Source of the DNA: Octopus bimaculoides
Taxonomy: Eukaryota
DNA length: 39,236 nucleotides
Direction of reading: 5' to 3'
Assembly: GCF_001194135.2 (NCBI RefSeq)
Contig: NC_068987.1
Coordinates: 28,494,499 to 28,533,734 of the forward strand
Of this stretch, positions 21,156-33,220 are shown piece by piece. The notes below the pieces were generated by a model. It saw nothing but the letters and a program-made list of their open reading frames with translations. It had not been told where the DNA came from and ran no database searches. Every line of letters begins with the position of its first letter. The stretch's first letter is position 1. The translations under genes were made by a program, and so were the position numbers.

Positions 21156-22505
21156 TAACCTAAGGTAACAGAATTGTGTGAAAGCCAGGTCATGAATCTC
21201 CGAAGTAATTATAATCATTGAGGTAAAATTAGTCCTTAACTGACAGAGCCCAGAAGAGAAATGTCTAATGCCTGCTTATCGTTGAAATGGCAAATATTTT
21301 AGTGTTCCATCTATCAGTGTTTCATCACCTTTTTTGCACATAAAAGTTATTTGTGAAATATAAACAAGTTGTTGGAAATTATCACAAATTTGTAGAACGC
21401 CTTGATGTCAGATTGTAGACTGTCTGAAGTTTGAGTTATATGTAGGTCATAATTACATCTAGGTGTAATAATTCGCTTTTATTTCAAGTACTTCTATTTC
21501 AGGCGCAAAGGAAATATTTTCTAAAACTGCATATGTACATAAATTATTTAAACCAATAAGTCTCAGAATATATGAATATCTATATCATTTGAATATGCAT
21601 ATATTAATTCAAATCTATGACTATAGAAATCATTATGAATTAATTTTCACTACCCTGTCATTAGATTTTGTAAAAAATTTGCATACGGTTTAATTAGCCG
21701 TATCTTCATCCTCTATCTTATGTATGATCAAACTAGTTGGTGTAAAACTTGACATATTGCACTTCACAGTTTTTAAAAATGTGTATTTATTCCCTTTTTC
21801 ATTTAAATATCAGTCGTCGATAAATTTACATTTTGATGCAACACCTTAATTGACTTCAGTATATTTTATAGACGTAATCAATGACAAAATCGATTAAAAT
21901 CGATGTATTAAATATTTCTTCTTTTATCTTGTATTTAGCAGAGTAAATGCAAAAAACGAAACCGAAAAAGCCAGTCGCCTAAATCGAGACTGCACCGGAG
22001 TAAAAGCTAACCAACAACATACTCAGTTCTTGCACCATTTTGTTTGTCCGATTTTACGTAATAGCTGCAACTATAAAATGCCTGAATTTACTCTCTCCGT
22101 AACTTAAACATACTAGTTACAGTTTGTCACAAACATTGCTGATGGAGATTACATATAGTAAGAGGAAGGATATAGCATTAATGTAGACAACATAAAATTT
22201 GAATATGCATAACTTTCACTCTCCTTATTACTAATGTACTATGACCAACAAGCGAATTGTTTCATTTGCTGCTTATGTGCAGAATCGGCAGAGGTGATAT
22301 ATAGTTAAAGAATAATGGAAGTCATTGTTTGTTTGAGAAGGTTCAGAACCTGTGTAATGTTTCATGGTATAAAAGGGGTTTCATACGATTTTGTCCAGAA
22401 ATCACGCTTTCAATATCTAAATTCCCCCTACACCCACCACAATTTCTTAATTTGTAACTTTTTTTCGAATGTTTTTATCTACGTAGAAAAATACAGAGAT
22501 TACAA

Positions 22506-22620
22506 NNNNNNNNNNNNNNNNNNNNNNNNNNNNNNNNNNNNNNNNNNNNNNNNNNNNNNNNNNNNNNNNNNNNNNNNNNNNNNNNNNNNNNNNNNNNNAT
22601 ATATATATATATATATATAT
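22506..22620. other. Assembly gap 22506-22598 plus (TA)n
   Basis: N-run followed by a TA run. Confidence 1.
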
Positions 22621-24034
22621 ACTTCCTCCACCTTGCCCACTAATCACCGACCAGCTTTCAAAAAGCTAACGCCTTCCAATCTTTCATTTTTGGCTGATAT
22701 TTCCCGCATGCGTAGTATTCTACTGAAGTAGTAGACTTAAAAAATATCAGACCACCAGAAAACCCGATATGCTAGAAACAACAGGTAAACGACATTATTT
22801 CCGAAGAAACTTCCCTTTTTTTTCTAAAAAGCTAAAAGTGAAACATTTGGAGTGTGTATGTTTTTGAGGTGATGGGTAAAATTCTTAAAAATTCGTACTC
22901 TCTGCATTTGGTGTGGAGAGGGAGAAACTTAAAATATTACAAACTTATTTTGTGAGTGAAATCGTAATCTCCTGTATTGCAAACACAGGAATCGGAAGAA
23001 ATTAAGGAGAATAAATGAGAGGACGGAAATGTCATCTCGGTCATGCTAGAAAGAAGAGATAAAGGAGAGAATTTCTCGGAAAACTTCCTTTCAAGTTTAT
23101 ATCGAAGATCATGATTTTAAATATGTTCATCATAAATACAAATTTCACAATAGCAAAAAGATAATTTCGACTGGATTTGAGCTGTATATTTGCGCGTGCA
23201 CACTACAAGAAATAACATAGTTCGAACAGAAGTTTTACCTAGAGTGTATGTGTCAAACGAAGTTATTGGCGTTCTTTCGTTTGAAGAAGCAAAGTTATCA
23301 ACTCGACATATATGGGATCATATGATTGTTCGATAATTTCCGTAAAATTATTTTAATTTCTGTATGCTTTGAAGAGAGCAGAAATCGAAAGAGCGGACAA
23401 AGTGAAACGGTGACATTTGCTTTGAAGTGAGAGGAGAATGTGTAAGATGTTCGTGTATATGAAATGGACGTGTGTGTGTGAGAGAGAGAGAGGGAGTGAG
23501 TGAGTGAATGTGTGTGTTGTGATGCGTGAATTTTTTTCATGTATATGTAAATAGCACGCTCTCTGTCTCTCATACGCACACATCTTTCATACACACGTAC
23601 ATAGGGGAGGTTAAAGAATACGCACGCCACCCATTTTCGGCGTAAACCTAACCCTATACACCAGGAGTGCGTATTCTTTACCTTCGCCCATAAATACATA
23701 TGCATACATCTTAACTGTGCGTGAGTGTGCGTGTGTGTGAGACTGAATTTCTTCATAACATACAGAAGATGGACATCTTCTAATGGAATTTGTTTGGTTG
23801 AGGCTTGTTTTAATATAATATTTACGTGTACATTTTAATAAAAGTGTGTCTGAATAGAATTCTACGCATGCGTGAAACATCAGACGAAAGTGAAACATTG
23901 GAAGCAAATTGAAATATTTCCCGAATATGACCTGAAAATTGTGCGACCCAACGTAGTTGCCGAAGTTATTTTAGTTGTAGAAAAGAGTTGTTGAGTGAGT
24001 CATAGGAGATAAAAAGCAGCTTTCTTTATTATAA

Positions 24035-24590
24035 TACAGATGTGACTAATTCAGAGAAACACTACATTCTTTATTACATGGGAAAATGAAAGTAAATCTT
24101 TATATATCAACGTAGGCACTGGTGGCTTCAACCAGTTCCCTCAAACGGCCAGGGTTGGCATGAACCTTCTGAAGGACATCGCCTGGGATATCATTGAGAA
24201 CCTCCTGAATCCTCGTCTTCAAGTCCTCCGGTGTGCGGGCTTTGGTGTTGTACACCCCTATCGTGTAGCCTCACAGGTAAACATTACATGGAGTGACAGC
24301 CGGATTTCTTTTGAGTTCTGGACTTCTGGTCTCCTGCGATTAAACATTTCCAGCACTATTGTAACGTTCTCCGTTGATCGGGATGTGGTTGGACGGCCAC
24401 TTCTTCTTGCATCGTTCACTGAACCCGTGGTCATCAGCTTTGCATGTCATCTTTTTATTGTCACCGGACATAATGCTGCATAATTACCTTTCCATGAACG
24501 CCAACATCTCTGAAACAAAACATTGTAATTCCACACTTCATAGCGTGCTGGTATCTTAGCTCGCTCCTGAACAGTCAAGCGTCCAGCCAT
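24035..24590 (-). mobile_element. Internally deleted mariner-like (maT/rosa-type) transposase
   Basis: MAGRLTVQERAKI..RY..FQR..TIKR..KLMTTGSVNDARRSGRPTTSRS (HTH) jumps directly to VTPCNVYL*GY..VYNTKARTPEDLKTRIQEVL..VEATSAYVDI*. The region carrying the first two catalytic Asp is missing. The left end begins tacagatgtg. Confidence 0.8.
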
Positions 24591-24780
24591 ACTCTCTTTT
24601 ACTCGTTTCAGTAATTTGATTGCGCACATGCTGGAGCACCACCTTTAGTCGAGCAAATCGACCTAAGGTCTTATTCTTTGGAAGCCTAGTACTTATTATA
24701 TCCGTCTCTTTTGCCGAAACGCTAAGTTATGGGGACGTAAGCACACCACCATCGGTTATCAAGTAACGGTGGGAGGACAA

Positions 24781-24811
<31 letters not shown>

Positions 24812-24958
24812 CGACGGGCTTCTTTCAGTTTCCGTCTACCAAATCCACACACAAGGCTCGAGGCTATACAAGACACTTGCCCGAGATGTCATGCAGTGGG
24901 ACTGAACCCGGAACCATGTGACTGGTAAGCTAGCTACTTACCACACAGCCACTCCTGC
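24591..24958 (-). mobile_element. Octopus-type tRNA-derived SINE (family A), least diverged copy
   Basis: Head gcgcaggagtggctgtgtggtaagtagctagcttaccagtcacatggttccgggttcagtcccactgca (A and B boxes), central TA/CA run, 3' ctgaaacgagtaaaagag. Confidence 0.92.
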
Positions 24959-25369
24959 GCCATCTGAAAAATAAGAAATAAGAAATAAGACAATAAGAAA
25001 ATAAAAAAATCCCCATTTGTGTTATCTGTTTAAAAAATGGTTTCGTTATAACTTCAGCGATACTGCAAATTCTATTGGCAATTTCTAATGCCTAGTTATT
25101 TTCCAACCATCCTATATATATATGTTTGTGTGCGTGCATATATGCGTGTTCTTCGTAGAAAATTTCATATACAGTCAACGCGCATTTGTGGTAGAATATC
25201 CTTGCTCAATATCCCGTGCACGGGAACTGATCCTGGAATCACGAAGTTCGAATCGAACGTCTGGATCAAATTTATATCTATGTCTTCTCCACTTAAAATA
25301 TAATCGACGACAAAGTAGTCTATCTTCTTGCTTTAATAGCCATCCGCCTCTTGCTGATCCTGCTCTTTT

Positions 25370-25464
25370 TCATCATCATCATCATCATGATCTTCATCAT
25401 CATCATCATCAACACCACCACCAAACACCACTACCACCACATCCACCACCACCAACACCACCAC

Positions 25465-25499
<35 letters not shown>

Positions 25500-25675
25500 C
25501 CACCATCTCCTCCTCCTCCTCCTCCTCCTCATCATCATCATCACCATCTCCTCCTCCTCCTCCTCATCATCATCATCATCACCATCTCCTCCTCCTCCTC
25601 CTTCTCATCCTCCTCCTTCTCATCCTCCCCTTCCTCCTCCTCCTCCTCATCATCATCTTCATCATCATCATCGTC
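25370..25675. repeat. Compound (CAT)n/(CCA)n/(CCT)n trinucleotide tract
   Basis: Directly visible. Confidence 0.95.
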
Positions 25676-26204
25676 GACTAATTGCTAATGAGTGTTGTGG
25701 TAATGCAATGAGCATTTGATTTAAGAAGAGATTGTAATTCAATTAATTATTTTTCTGAAACGCAAACAAAATACAGAGCAGTTGAGTCATTTCCAAATAT
25801 GACATAAAATATAAATCTGCTGTGAATATCTGCATTTTTTTATTATTATTAGTATTTCACTGAAGTTTCTCTTGGTCATATTATTAGAGCGAGTAATATA
25901 TTCTTTATCATCCTCAATTATTACACAGGATATCTTGTGTGTCAAATGAAATATAGGCGGAGTATCGCCCGAAGCCATTTTTGAAACAGCTGCTCACTCT
26001 CACTCATTATAATATCTGGTGACTATGCGTGTACAATATTTTGTATGAGTGCTGCGATCTATTTTCAGGGAATGTGTTAAGTATGGAAAATGCTGTACTT
26101 CATAGAAGAGGACTTATCACATAGACTTGTCAACATCAGATTAGAATAATATTAATCGAATAGTAGTCAGTATAAATTTCTTCTTTCATAACATAATTAT
26201 GTAT

Positions 26205-26352
26205 GTGTATTGTTTCTTGCTCTGTTCCTTTCTGCAGAAGAACTTAGGCTCGAAACGTTAAAAACTTTTTCAATTCCCGAGCGTTATACTAATACATCTA
26301 TCTGTTTTCTACACCACTTGTCTTCGTCTGTTTTTTTTTGTGAATTCTCCCT
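26205..26352 (+). mobile_element. Terminal-repeat fragment of a probable Penelope-like element
   Basis: ctgcagaagaacttaggctcgaaacgtt motif; homologous to 12690-12790. Confidence 0.5.
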
Positions 26353-26682
26353 ATACACACACACACACANNNNNNNNNNNNNNNNNNNNNNNNNNNNNNN
26401 NNNNNNNNNNNNNNNNNNNNNNNNNNNNNNNNNNNNNNNNNNNNNNNNNNNNNNNNNNNNNNNNNNNNNNNNNNNNNNNNNNNNNNNNNNNNNNNNNNNN
26501 NNNNNNNNNNNNNNNNNNNNNNNNNNNNNNNNNNNNNNNNNNNNNNNNNNNNNNNNNNNNNNNNNNNNNNNNNNNNNNNNNNNNNNNNNNNNNNNNNNNN
26601 NNNNNNNNNNNNNNNNNNNNNNNNNNNNNNNNNNNNNNNNNNNNNNNNNNNNNNNNNNNTATATATATATATATATATATAT
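26353..26682. repeat. (CA)n, assembly gap 26370-26659, (TA)n
   Basis: Directly visible. Confidence 0.97.
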
Positions 26683-27529
26683 GCAGACAAACAAACAGAC
26701 ATATGTATCTGGGTGTGCACTTGACCGAGACCGCGTTTTGAAACCTAAAGAAATACTGCTTTCAAAATACATTAGTCATCTAACAAAACTAAAATTCTTG
26801 AATAAATTTTCCATATATATCCTGATAAATCATTCTGTCGCATCTCTGTAACCAACATATTGATGCAGTTCTTTGTAGTGCAAGTTTCGCAATAACATTA
26901 TCACTGTTATACCATGACAATTTTGACCTCAAGGACTAAATGAACGATTAATATAAAGGTTCTCATTTTTTGATATGAAAATAGATTTTAACGAATTGAT
27001 TGCTTTATCTATATACACTGCAGTCAATATAATCTAGTTTAAATTATCTCTTGCATCTGCAAAACATCTTTTGATACATAAACAACCAACAAGGACTTTT
27101 TAGAAGCCAAATATCCACAAATCTTTTCGTAAACTCATAGCTTTCGAGTAAATATTTGAGAAAAGTTCAGCAAAAAGTAAAAATCTTTTCTTCGTAGCTG
27201 TCATACAGCAATATCGTACATTATGACACATATGGAATTTGATAATGATATTAGAGTTTGATGGGTTACCGACTGTAGGAACTCATTAGACATTGATTGA
27301 ATTAAATGTAGGAATGTATTTCATTTAATTGAATAGACAACAATAGTTTCATTGACCAAGTAAATTAACTGAGTTGATGTAAATTGAAATAATTTATGAC
27401 AATTAAGTCTTTCTGTTGTATTAAATAACAAAGTGACAGCAAATATTACATCAGATCAAATCAGACATCATTTCGCATACATATATACGTACATACTGAA
27501 ATACATCCTCAAATATCATTATGCAAACA

Positions 27530-27770
27530 CCCATGCCTATACACAATCACGCATACATACACATATACATATATATGAATATATATATATATAACTTTCA
27601 TTATTTCGGATGCCATTTTTTTGTGTGTGAGAAATAAAATAATACACACACACAAAGTAACACACTATATATATACAAGTGTATACACATACACACACAC
27701 GCACACACACACATACGCACGCACATACACACACACACACACATACACAAACACACACACACACACATGC
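27530..27770. repeat. (CA)/(TA) microsatellite tract
   Basis: Directly visible. Confidence 0.9.
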
Positions 27771-29520
27771 ATCGTATTTACCGACGTATCAGACGGACGT
27801 TCGCATAAGACGTAGCCCTATTACGCAAGGCTATTTCGTGGGAAAAAAAACAAATTTTTATTATATTTGATTATATATTTTACTGAAAGCTATTTTAGAG
27901 GGGTGTTGTAGGGATAAATGTATGATTCTTCGCAGGTAAATACAATGCTGTGATGTCACCCTGGAATAAGGTCTGAAATCATATAATTTAACTTCACACC
28001 AGCCTTTAACAGACATCAAATTAAATCTACCCAAGTAAAACAGAAATAGATTGATATCGCTAAGTCTAGGTACGCAATATTGTTAAAACTTGAACAAAGC
28101 AAATAGCAAAATATATCATATGTGAATGAATTCAGATTGACACGAAATTCATACGCAGATAAGGCAAAATTTCACTGAATATCAGTAAACTGTACCCTTG
28201 AAGAAGAGACAAAATGAATGCATATTAACAGAAACTGATATTTGAGAGAGGAAGAAACAGAAAATTATGATAACTGTTTAATCATCATTCACAAAGTCGA
28301 TCAGCATCCATTAAGCCTGTAAACTTAATCTCAATGTTGGCATCCCTAATGCTGATACCTTCTTCTTTACCGGAATTCCCGGCAGTAAGATCTACTTCAT
28401 GAATATTTTCTTCAAACAGTAAATTATTTCCAGTGCCATTATGGGCATTCTCTATGCCACATTGTTTTAAATGATTTCACAACTACCTTTTCTTTTACAG
28501 AAATAAATGAACGTCTTGTCCAGTCACGCAACAGTGTAATAGTAGACCCTTTTCTCCCTGTTAGTGTCATTTAAATATCTGAAGACTTCATCCATTTGCT
28601 CCAATTGTTCCGCTTGAATCATTTTCCTGACTTATTGAGTAAAACTTCCAAATACCGTTACTAAAAGTACAGCTAATAGGGTCTTCAGTTCTGAAACTTG
28701 CTTTGTTAACAAGCTTAGCCCAATGAAAATAAACTGGCCCCATACAGCAGGTTTCTTTAACTGATCCCCTACTCGGTAAGATGACTCTTTGTTGAACCAC
28801 AATTTCATTTCTGCTTCATTGAGATAAATACTGCTAGTTATTCTTTCTTCGGGCAATGTATTTTTTAACGATTAAAATGGTGGTAGTTTTATGCTGTCAG
28901 CGTGGCATGCTAAAACAACAGTAAAGTATTTTCTCATGCTTTAACAGTCACACATTCAGCATCTTTTGACTTCACTATCTTGTGTAATGGTATATCGAAT
29001 TTTAAAAAGACTTTCATACATATCTGTGAGATAGTAAATTAACTACTTTTCTGGCATTAATTTCATACTTGTGTAACTTAATAATTCTTTCTCCGTATTA
29101 AGGGATATGTTTTGTGCTTTTTGTTTTTTTGACCTCATACAAGTTTAATTCTCTTCATGCTGTATATATAAACCACTATAATATTGACGCTTTTAATGAG
29201 TGATGTCTCTGTCTATTGCTATAAGTATTGAATGATGCACAATCCTTCGAGTGGATATTAAAAAACCTGAGCTTCGCTGTTTAATATTTACTGTTTTAAG
29301 TATTCTGGTTTAGGCCAGTGGTGCTATGTCTAGCAACTTGCAGCTGTTATCCTTGATATTTCCAAATCCTTATCTTGATTTCAGTTAGCGAAGGACCAAC
29401 ACACTGAGGTGCTTCCCTCTTACTATTATTCTTCGCGTATTCAATTTAAATTAAAATGCTGCAGCCGTGTCCCTTTTAATTTGTGTTTATCAGCACTGAC
29501 ATCGAAATCGTTATCTCAAA
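27771..29520 (-). mobile_element. pogo/Tc2-like DNA transposon fossil (transposase about 28280-29500)
   Basis: DTAAAF..IEYAKNNSKREA..IRIWK (N-terminal DBD), WPKPE, KYFTVVLACHADSIKLPP, MKLWFNK..LKKPAVWGQF..ELKTLLAV and VVVKSFK/CGIENAHNGTGNNLLFEE. Possible terminal repeat cgtatttaccgacgtatcagacg at 27773. Confidence 0.8.
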
Positions 29521-30139
29521 TATATTTTCTTTCATATTGTCTCTTATATTTTGATCAAAAGAATTGCCTTGGCCGAAGGGAGATCTGTATTCCTTTCTGG
29601 CAATGATATTTTATTACTGTGACCTGACACCAAGGTGATACACTATCGCCACAGTTTTATTGTCATCCTCTAATTGCAAATAGCTGAGATAAAGGCTTGC
29701 TAGTATTCCATTCTTCTGTCTTGGAGTTTTTATTTTCAATTTTGATAATAAACAAATGCTTCATGAATGTAATACAGTTATTAAAAAATGTAAAACTTTT
29801 ATTTGGTTTAGTTTATGTAAGCGAGAAAAGGAGGCACAGTGATACGATGCAACGCTCCACAATAAAAATCCATGTATTGTAAGCGGTTTGTCAGAAATAT
29901 GTGCCAACGGATTGTGATAATTTTACTTTTTTTCTGGATTTGTCGTTAGTAACAAGTACTGTGATTTGCAGAGGTATATTCATCCAGCTCTTTTACCTAC
30001 AACGCTCAAACTCCTGTCTGTAACACCGTGGCATTAGATAGAAGGCAATATTTGTGACTTTAAAACAGACTTGAGAGAGTTATGCACCTGAAAATGTGGG
30101 AAATAGAGATGGACAGACATATATGTGTATATGTACTTA

Positions 30140-30630
30140 TGTGATTGTGTATATATATATATATATATNNNNNNNNNNNNNNNNNNNNNNNNNNNNNNNN
30201 NNNNNNNNNNNNNNNNNNNNNNNNNNNNNNNNNNNNNNNNNNNNNNNNNNNNNNNNNNNNNNNNNNNNNNNNNNNNNNNNNNNNNNNNNNNNNNNNNNNN
30301 NNNNNNNNNNNNNNNNNNNNNNNNNNNNNNNNNNNNNNNNNNNNNNNNNNNNNNNNNNNNNNNNNNNNNNNNNNNNNNNNNNNNNNNNNNNNNNNNNNNN
30401 NNNNNNNNNNNNNNNNNNNNNNNNNNNNNNNNNNNNNNNNNNNNNNNNNNNNNNNNNNNNNNNNNNNNNNNNNNNNNNNNNNNNNNNNNNNNNNNNNNNN
30501 NNNNNNNNNNNNNNNNNNNNNNNNNNNNNNNNNNNNNNNNNNNNNNNNNNNNNNNNNNNNNNNNNNNNNNNNNNNNNNNNNNNNNNNNNNNNNNNNNNNN
30601 NNNNNNNNNNNNNNNTCTATATATATATGC
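30140..30630. other. (TA)n flanking assembly gap 30169-30615
   Basis: Directly visible. Confidence 1.
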
Positions 30631-31539
30631 ACATGGACATATATAGGAAGTTATACCAGAAAACACATATTTATGCAGGCATAAATACATGTAAGCATTA
30701 TAAATTCACACAAGATTTTTGATGTGCAACCCTAGAACGGTGATATTATTAATATATGTAGATATAAATGTATGTATATGAGTATATTCGTATGTATGTC
30801 CGTATGTAAGCGAGTATGTTCATGTGTGTGTGTATGTTTAAGTGTGTGTTTACATATATGGCACTAGGAATTTCTCATTTTGTTTTGTGAATATCAATTA
30901 TTAATGAAAACAATTTTCCGTATGTTTGCAACAAAGCCTCTAACTATGTAAAATATTTGAACTGTGCCGATATCATATAATATAAATGCTCATGAAGGTA
31001 TCATAGAGAGAATGACACAGTAGAAACCATATTTTTATGGTAGAATATCTTGTTAGAACGTTACAGCTTGGCATGCTTGTGAATGTTATTTAGCTGATTG
31101 AACGGTTTCGCAAAAGTCCAGTGTGAACATAAATTACCACGTATAGTATAAGTAGTAGTACTTATGTGTGCAGAATAGGTATAGAGGAAATGGTTACTCG
31201 TATACTTGTAAATTACTGTTTACATTCGTCGGTGTAGATAGCTGTCACTGCAAGTAAAATCTGCAAGAAAATTATATATTGAATCTCTCCTCACATAGAA
31301 TGACAAAACTGCAAGTATATATGTGGGAATGATAAGTTTATGGAGAGTAGAACTGATAATATTTCACCAGCTATAGCAGCATTCTTCCAGATTATATATT
31401 CTAATAAATTAAAAACATATATTTTGGAGCTCTACTTGTTTGTCAAAAGAATTGTGCAAGGCCACATACTTTTGTAGATAGGAAAAAAATCAAGTTTTAT
31501 ATTACAAAGTTCCTGGATGGTATTTATTTTACAATTTGC

Positions 31540-31645
31540 GAACGATGAATGCAATGTTTACACCTGAGTGATAGAACTCAGTGCATAAAGAGTAAGAACC
31601 AAACTCTGCAAGCCATAATGTCTGCCGAGAGAGCATTCTCCTCCT
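31540..31645 (+). mobile_element. Possible hAT C-terminal dimerisation-domain remnant
   Basis: The SAERAFS motif resembles S.ER.FS; the rest is heavily decayed. Confidence 0.3.
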
Positions 31646-31681
31646 TCATGTTTTATTTTTTATTTATTTATTTTGCAACAG

Positions 31682-31742
31682 AAATATCTATTTCACCAAA
31701 AAGGGGCCTGTACAAGATAAACAGTGGAAAAGCGTATATTAA
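31682..31742 (+). CDS. Candidate terminal exon (R-NIYFTKKGPVQDKQWKSVY*)
   Basis: Strong acceptor tttatttattttgcaacag|; the phase-2 frame is open to TAA; phase-compatible with 16448-16498. Confidence 0.22.
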
Positions 31743-33029
31743 CACATTGCAATACCTAATTACTTCCCTTAAATTACGATTCGAATCTTACTATCTTTAT
31801 TTTCATCTACTTTACTTTCATCTTCCATATTTTGATGAAATTCATATCATTCGGTAACTGCATTCTATATAATTGCTTGTTCCTGTATTTAAATGTACAA
31901 CTGTCTGTATAAGTCAGAAATCACTATTAAAATGTCACAAAATAAAATTAAGGTGCATATCATGAGATATTTGATTTTAAAGTAATTATGATGACTATTC
32001 CATGATATAATTTTTTTTCAATTATATAATTTTTTTCACAATAGTAATTGTTCCCACAACGAAGATATATTACTTCTAATGCTTAACGTTATAAATACAG
32101 AAAATTTTCTTCGCCAAAGTTCCGATCCTCATTTTATGCAACATGATTCAATTTCGTTCTGTTCAACAAAGCACTGCGAAAAATATCGATTAACAAACGT
32201 TTTCAAACTCAAACGTTCAGCATATTACAACAATAAAAATTGTTTTTGTACTATATTCTACACATCTAACACGTTCGTGATCTCATCATATATTGAAACC
32301 ATTGGGCAATGAATATTGAATACAAAGTGGATTGCCAAATATATTTAAATTGGAAGTCTGTCAATACAAGAGTTTGAAAATACATAGAAAGTCAATTATT
32401 CTCATTTACTTTAACCAAAATTTAATTTACAAGAATATCTTTAAAGATAGTGAAAAAATTTACGCTTGTTTTTAAAGTTACTGTGGCATAAATAACACTG
32501 CACCTTCATTCGTGCTACCAATGGTATTAAATTTAATTATTTTCAGGGATCTATCAATTGCACTGATTTCATGTCAATAAATCAAACATTGGGCATTTGT
32601 ACTAATAATATTTTTCTCAATGTATTAAATTTATAAATGTAGCACATATTCTTGATCATTATTTTATGTAACATGATTGAATTTCGTCCTGTAAAACAAT
32701 GACGGAGGAAAGGAACCTGCTAAATAATTCTACACAATAAATATGTAATGCCCTGTATGCAGTTATCAAACAAACTCTAGTCCCATCGTATCGTCCAATT
32801 CAAGGCAATATTTTACCACAAACCTTAAGTTAGTCAATAGATTTCTTTCTTTTTTTAACGGGTCGGGTTGGTGGGGGGGGATGTTGTGGCTATGATCATT
32901 TACTGGGATTGCAAGACGAATACGAAAAAGAAGGTATGTATCCACAGACAAGAGAATTGACTTGACTCGAATGATTCCAATAGCCTAGGGTGTGTTGAAG
33001 TTGGAGTGTCTTTGTCAAATTAAGTGTCC

Positions 33030-33220
33030 GATTGATTTTGTCAACCGAGTGGGATTTGAAATCAGAATGAGAACCAGAACAAATACTGCTATGAACCATT
33101 AATGAAACTCTTAATCATCCAATCCCCTACTCCTGTTTGTTACATTGGTACGAGAGGATGGAAGTCAAATCAAATTCAGCAGTATTTGAACTCAATGAAT
33201 TCAATCGGAACCAATACCGT
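33030..33220 (-). mobile_element. Two very degraded SINE fragments
   Basis: gggatttgaaatcagaa and gtatttgaactcaa resemble reverse-complement B-boxes, with flanking gagaggatggaagtcaaa. Confidence 0.35.

Noticed and set aside
21937-22110. Exon-like stretch after tgtatttagcag (SKCKKRNRKSQSPKSRLHRSKS* or RVNAKNETEKASRL..)
   Set aside because: Two frames are equally plausible, there is no good donor and no recognised homology.
25204-25262. Short palindromes cccgtgcacggg and gttcga-a-tcgaac
   Set aside because: Too short to exceed chance expectation.
25122-25719. Poly-His, poly-Pro and poly-Ser ORFs
   Set aside because: They are driven by the compound trinucleotide tract, with several frames open simultaneously.
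28501-28575. Strong plus-strand acceptor and terminal-exon-like peptide INERLVQSRNSVIVDPFLPVSVI*
   Set aside because: It lies antisense within the pogo transposase fossil.
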